Positions 35,018 to 37,302 of a stretch of 37,302 nucleotides of DNA are shown here, in pieces (the first letter of the stretch is position 1; each line of letters starts with the position of its first letter). The stretch is taken from assembly GCA_029564175.1 (NCBI GenBank), contig JAKQQL010000103.1, positions 1-37,302 of the forward strand, given 5' to 3'. Both the position numbers and the translations under genes were made by a program. The notes under the pieces were generated by a model. It was given only the letters and a program-made list of their open reading frames with translations. It was not told the DNA's origin and did not search any database. The stretch comes from Candidatus Cloacimonadota bacterium (GTDB taxonomy: Bacteria; Cloacimonadota; Cloacimonadia; Cloacimonadales; WRIO01).

Positions 35018-35691
35018 TAATAAACGTATTAAGCCTTTTCCCTTCCTGTTTTACTTCGTTTCTTTCAGAAAGTATCCCAAAAATTGCGATTGAGAGAGAA
35101 AAGATTACGATCAATATGATTGATATCAGGGACTTTTCAAAGAATAAACAGCGTCAGGTTGATGATTATCCTTATGGAGGCGGATCAGGGATGGTTATTA
35201 AAGCAGATCCTCTGATAAGCGCACTCGAGTATATTCATCAAGACAGACAAGTCCCGGTAATCTATTTCACACCTCAGGGCAGATTACTTAATCAGAAAAT
35301 TGTCAGGGAATATCTTCCGAAGGAAGAAATCACACTTTTATGCGGACATTATAAAGAAATTGATCAGCGGGTACGTGATTATTACGTAAGCGATGAAATA
35401 TCAATTGGAGATTTTGTACTTTCTGGTGGGGAATTACCTACTATGGTCATGATTGATGCACTTTCCCGTTTGCAGGAGGGTGTGTTGAATGAAATTGATT
35501 CAGCACTTACAGATTCTCATGAAAACGGCTTACTCGGCTGTCCTCATTACACCCGACCTGTTGATTACAGGGGTATGAAAGTACCGGATGTTTTGCTCTC
35601 AGGCAATCATAAAAAAATTGAGCAGTGGCGGGAGAAACAATCTCTTGAAATGACTCAAAACAGAAGATCGGATTTATTGAAAAATGAATAA
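35014..35691 (+). CDS. trmD: tRNA (guanine37-N1)-methyltransferase
   Basis: VDDYPYGGGSGMV, TPQG, CGHY..IDQR, SIGDFVLSGGE, PHYTRP, VPDVLLSGNH. Confidence 0.97.
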   Translation: MIINVLSLFPSCFTSFLSESIPKIAIEREKITINMIDIRDFSKNKQRQVDDYPYGGGSGMVIKADPLISALEYIHQDRQVPVIYFTPQGRLLNQKIVREYLPKEEITLLCGHYKEIDQRVRDYYVSDEISIGDFVLSGGELPTMVMIDALSRLQEGVLNEIDSALTDSHENGLLGCPHYTRPVDYRGMKVPDVLLSGNHKKIEQWREKQSLEMTQNRRSDLLKNE

Positions 35692-36256
35692 TCTGTATTT
35701 AGGGCTTGTCCATTATCCGGTTACCAACCGAGATGGATTGGAAATTATCTCTTCCATAACGAATCTGGATATACATGATATTGCCCGTTCTTGTATTACT
35801 TTTGGTGTTAAACACTATTTTGTAATACATCCAATTCAAAGACAACAGGAAATTTTTGATAAAGTCATAAATTTCTGGAAAACTGATATTGCCAAATTCT
35901 ACAACAAAGACCGTGTAGAGGCACTATCATTAATTCAATTTAAAAAATCTATAGATGAAACCATTCAAATGATAAAATACCAGGATGGAAGCGATCCTTT
36001 AGTGATAACAACAACAGCTGCGTTAATGGATAATCAGATTACTTTTGAAGATTTCAGAGAAATCAGAAGTAAAGAAAATAGACCAGTACTACTTTTATTT
36101 GGTACAGGAAATGGTTTATCCAAAGAGGTACATCAGAAGGCTGATTATGTATTAAAGCCGATTTACGGACCGACCCCATATAATCACCTGTCTGTCAGAA
36201 GTGCCGTAGCTATTGTGTTGGATCGACTGACAACCGAAAAATATAAGGAGGAATAA
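35684..36256 (+). CDS. SPOUT-family RNA methyltransferase (DUF2168 / Methyltrn_RNA_4)
   Basis: LYLGLVHYPV, SITNLDIHDIARS, LLFGTGNGL, YNHLSVRSAVAIVLDRL. Confidence 0.9.
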   Translation: MNNLYLGLVHYPVTNRDGLEIISSITNLDIHDIARSCITFGVKHYFVIHPIQRQQEIFDKVINFWKTDIAKFYNKDRVEALSLIQFKKSIDETIQMIKYQDGSDPLVITTTAALMDNQITFEDFREIRSKENRPVLLLFGTGNGLSKEVHQKADYVLKPIYGPTPYNHLSVRSAVAIVLDRLTTEKYKEE

Positions 36257-36607
36257 ATGGATATCATTCAAATGATTACTAAGGATCAATTACGCACTGA
36301 TCTTCCTGATTACGGTGTTGGAGACACTGTGAAAGTACACTATAAAATTAAAGAAGGCAACAAAGAACGCATTCAGATTTTCCAGGGAGTTGTTATTCAA
36401 AAACGTGGAGCAGGTATCTCTAAAACTTTTACCGTAAGAAAGATTTCTGATGGTGTGGCAGTTGAAAGAGTATTCCCTCAGCACACTCCGCTTATTGATA
36501 AACTTGAAATTGTTCGTTATGGTCAAGTTAGACGTGCTAAACTCTTCTATTTAAGAACAGCTAAAGGTAAAGCTGCTCGTATTAAAGAAAGAAGAAGAGC
36601 TCAATAA
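36257..36607 (+). CDS. rplS: 50S ribosomal protein L19
   Basis: [45 protein letters not shown]. Confidence 0.97.
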   Translation: MDIIQMITKDQLRTDLPDYGVGDTVKVHYKIKEGNKERIQIFQGVVIQKRGAGISKTFTVRKISDGVAVERVFPQHTPLIDKLEIVRYGQVRRAKLFYLRTAKGKAARIKERRRAQ

Positions 36608-36644
36608 TCCTGTTACGCAGACATTTCTGCGAATGATAAGAATT

Positions 36645-36678
36645 AAAGCCATCCGGATTTATCCGGGTGGCTTTTTTT
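36645..36678 (+). terminator. Rho-independent terminator after rplS
   Basis: AAAGCCATCCGGA-ttta-TCCGGGTGGC-TTTTTTT. Confidence 0.9.
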
Positions 36679-36718
36679 ATTTGCAAATCTATTTATCAGA
36701 TAAATGCAAATAAAGAAC

Positions 36719-36747
36719 TTGACAAAATTTTAGATTGATTATATTTT
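36719..36747 (+). promoter_or_regulatory. Putative sigma70 promoter for the last gene
   Basis: TTGACA (36719-36724), 17-bp spacer, TATTTT (36742-36747). Confidence 0.55.
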
Positions 36748-36794
36748 AGTAAATAAAAGAAATTTCATAAAATTGTATAGGATTGAGGGAGAAT

Positions 36795-37302
36795 ATGAGA
36801 AAGATATTACTTACCATTCTTGGGTTCATTATGTTAACTATACTGATTGCCATGGACAAAGAAGATATTATCAACTCACAAGACTATTATTACGGAGAGA
36901 ATACTGGAAGTAATTATCAGCAGGTGAGAGATTATGCCATAAAGAATCTGGCAGATAAGCTGGTCATTTATGTCAAAAGTGCTATGAACAGCAAGATTTC
37001 AGAGACTGCCGGTAAAGCAGATGAACAAATAGAATCTGTGATTCAGACCTATTCTATCGGCACTTTTAAAAACCTGCAGGAAATCAAGTCAGCGCAGGGT
37101 GGTAAACTCAATGTCTTTGTCTATATCAAAAAGTCGGATGTGGAAGCCCTGTTCAATGAACGAAAACAGCTGATTGCCGATATCTATGCTCAGGCTGTGA
37201 AAATGGAAGAAAGTAATAACATTGGCAATGCCCTGAAATATTACTACTTTATTACGGTTCTGATGAACTCTCTGCCGGATGAACGGGTCGAATATAAGGG
37301 AC
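36795..37302 (+). CDS. Secreted hypothetical protein, 5' part (runs off the window); N-terminus possibly LPP20-like
   Basis: Not in the ORF track because it has no stop. RBS GAGGGAG, then MRKILLTILGFIMLTILIA-MDKEDIINSQDYYYGE...RDYAIKNLA..., open to the window end. Confidence 0.75.
   Translation, partial: MRKILLTILGFIMLTILIAMDKEDIINSQDYYYGENTGSNYQQVRDYAIKNLADKLVIYVKSAMNSKISETAGKADEQIESVIQTYSIGTFKNLQEIKSAQGGKLNVFVYIKKSDVEALFNERKQLIADIYAQAVKMEESNNIGNALKYYYFITVLMNSLPDERVEYKG

Noticed and set aside
845..36526. Short minus-strand and nested ORFs in the track (e.g. 29186-29560, 31297-31608, 20124-20411)
   Set aside because: Nearly all lie antisense to or inside well-supported genes and lack motifs; they are shadow ORFs.

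Overview
AT-rich bacterial chromosomal window with about 45 genes, all on the + strand and mostly translationally coupled. The gene mix (C25 peptidase with FlgD-type C-terminal domain, PorV-like barrel, SpoVG, PurS, DUF2168 SPOUT methyltransferase) is most consistent with an FCB-group anaerobe such as Candidatus Cloacimonadota; this is inference, not a lookup. In order: (1) tail of a polysaccharide block (epimerase-like fragment, SLBB/Wza-like protein, DegT aminotransferase) running into etfB, lgt, purB, a degenerate psd-like gene with pssA, purS, purQ and comF; (2) a REP-like double hairpin, then a three-gene module (conserved hypothetical, GlmL/MutL-like actin-fold ATPase, barrel-sandwich-hybrid/KOW protein) with no B12 mutase beside it, closed by two terminators and a ~750-bp repeat-containing spacer; (3) cinA-purD; (4) an envelope operon: 1685-aa PorU/gingipain-like C25 protease, PorV-like barrel, FN3-like lipoprotein, minimal SLBB protein, and a Wzc kinase with a 10-Tyr run; (5) housekeeping genes ispE-spoVG-prs-rplY-pth-rpsF-ssb-rpsR-DUF2232-rplI, dciA-rpe-ffh and rpsP-khpA-rimM-trmD-DUF2168-rplS; (6) the start of a secreted protein. 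I saw no rRNA, tRNA, CRISPR array or transposase. The best candidates for undescribed systems are the orphan MutL-like module and the PorU/PorV-Wza/Wzc operon.
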